Source: Podarcis muralis
Lineage: Eukaryota
Direction: 5' to 3'
Length of the DNA: 64,000 nucleotides
NCBI RefSeq assembly: GCF_964188315.1
Contig: NC_135655.1
Coordinates: 57,412,001-57,476,000, forward strand
Below the pieces are notes generated by a model. The model made no database searches, was not told the DNA's origin, and was given only the letters and a program-made list of their open reading frames with translations. Numbering within the stretch: the stretch's first letter is position 1; the number at the start of each line of letters is the position of its first letter. The translations under genes and the position numbers were made by a program. Shown in pieces: positions 62,101 through 64,000 of this stretch.

Positions 62101-63398
62101 CAAGCAAGACAATGAACACCTCCTTGTAAGGAGCACAGGATTGAGAGGAGATGCTGTTAGGTAAGGATTTCTCACCTTCAGACTGTGGCTGATGCTCTAG
62201 GGAAGTTCATATGGTTTCCCCCCAAAGGACCCACATGGGCCCCTATATGCTTTCGCTTACACTAAAGCTTGTGCTTTGTCTAAAATGATCTTTCTCACAG
62301 AGTTCACCTTAGCTTGGTGGTGGGAGGCATGTGACCTACTCCAGTAGTTTCTCCCCATTCAGAACTGTCAGGTGAGTTCTGGCTGTTTCCTGGCTCTTGA
62401 GGAAACATCCACCAGCTATCATGGACCACCAAGATATCTTCCTAATAAATGGCATGGACAGGCCTGCCTGCTGGGTTTGGCCAGCATTCCTGACAATATA
62501 CACACACACTCAGAATCATCCCTCTCTGCAGGAACCTGACCTTAGAGTTGATATCTGAAGTTTTCATTGCATTTGTGTCGTAAATCTGCTGGAATAACTT
62601 CCCTGTGGTAGACTGAGCTGTATTGATTGATGGCAACACAGTCTCCTTTCGTTAAGCTTCCTCAGCGCTATGTATTTTTTCAGAATTAATAGAATCAATG
62701 GTAAATAATTCCTCAGTGAAGAAAACCTGGGTCCAGACTAGCTGTCTCATTTTCCATTATGTTGAATCTCTGCAGATGCCACAATGGCAAGTCATACGCA
62801 ATGTATTGTATTGACCTTTCTCAGGCTCTTGTTATCAAAGCTCACTCACAACTAATTAAACCTGGCATGTGATGATTCATCCTGCATGTTTGTTTTCTTG
62901 TGAAAACTAGGTGGTTATGAACCATTTTCATGGCAGCTAGCAATTTAAAATCCCAAAGAGACGACTTCTGTCCCTGTCATTCTGGTCCCTGCTCCTGCTT
63001 TATGATGAAAACAATGGACAGGATGCAGTCATATCCTAACCTCACTTAGGACCGCTTTCTACACAAACCTCTGAAAGATTCCTTTCTTGCTGTCCCAACA
63101 ATGTCTGAAGTATGTTTGGTGCTCAGGCTGTGGAACTTCCATTGCAGGGAACACCATTTAGCCCCCTCCTTGTTGCTCTTCTGAACTAAATTTAAGACAC
63201 CTTTTATTTAAACAGGATTTTGACCTCTCAAGCTTATATGTTCTATCTGCTGTTGTTTTTAGCAGGCTTTTTATCTTTTTGTTGTTGTTGTTCCTAGTTG
63301 TATGTTGGTTGTTGTTAGCCACATTGGCCAACGCTATGTAGCAATGATGATGATAAAAATATTCTTCCACCTCCTAAGCAGGGCAATGTATGCTTGTA

Positions 63399-63623
63399 CA
63401 GTGGTACCTCAGGTTAAGTACTTAATTCATTCCAGAGGTCTGTTCTTAACCTGAAGCACCACTTTAGCTAATGGGGCCTCCTGCTGCCGCTGCGCCACCA
63501 CTGCATGATTTTTGTTCTCATCCTGAAGCAAAGTTCTTAACCCGAGGTAATATTTCTGTGTTAGCGGAGTCTGTAACCTGAACCGTATGTGACCTAAAGC
63601 GTATGTAACCCGAGGTACCACTG
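63399..63623 (+). mobile_element. Tc1/mariner MITE family 1, copy 3
   Basis: Same family; perfect terminal CAGTGGTACCTC/GAGGTACCACTG, TA flanks. Confidence 0.9.
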
Positions 63624-64000
63624 TACCCCTATTGGCAAAATCTGTGTGTGTTATATGTGAGGATTGTTAAACCTGCTTTCCCTCATGCCATGGTCCCAAT
63701 CCATATCAGGGTTCCCAGCAGCTATATTTAACCTTTTATAAATCTGAGATCCAGTCATGAATTTCCCACAACCCCATCTTCTTGTGCTGTCAGAATCATA
63801 CACTGCTATGCCTCAAACAAACACCAAAAAGTGCCATTTCTTCTATTTTGTAAAAAAAAAGTTATTTTGGTATTCATTAGTCTTAAGCTTCTTACATGTT
63901 TTCCTCAATATACATATTTCTGCATGGACAGAGGATAGCCCAAATAATATGTGTATTGTTTTTAAATATTTGTTAATAGCCTTTTACAAGGGGACAAGGG

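Noticed and set aside
58100-64000. Search for a third CD59/Ly6 copy
   Set aside because: No signal-peptide exon, CYxC exon or CCxxDLCN exon found by eye.

Overview
Vertebrate (squamate, probably lacertid lizard) genomic DNA, syntenic with human 11p13. Four intact spliced genes lie on the + strand: LMO2 (3 coding exons, 158 aa), FBXO3 (11 exons, 454 aa) and two divergent tandem CD59-like genes (119 and 121 aa), each CD59 copy with its own candidate CpG-rich promoter. Between FBXO3 and the first CD59 sits a full-length, apparently intact 4.8-kb CR1 LINE nested inside a Sauria SINE, with a 7-bp TSD. It has four apparently identical 147-bp 5' monomers, an ORF1 with zinc finger and SGNH esterase, and an APE-RT ORF2. 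Best leads: (1) an in-phase U_UUA_AAC -1 slippery heptamer at the ORF1 stop whose -1 frame runs uninterrupted into ORF2, suggesting programmed frameshifting; (2) a Penelope-like element remnant with a 5' inversion and a minimal hammerhead ribozyme, sense-oriented in LMO2 intron 1; (3) the old CD59 duplication. Gene and family names come from recall of the human proteins and repeat families; no searches were run.
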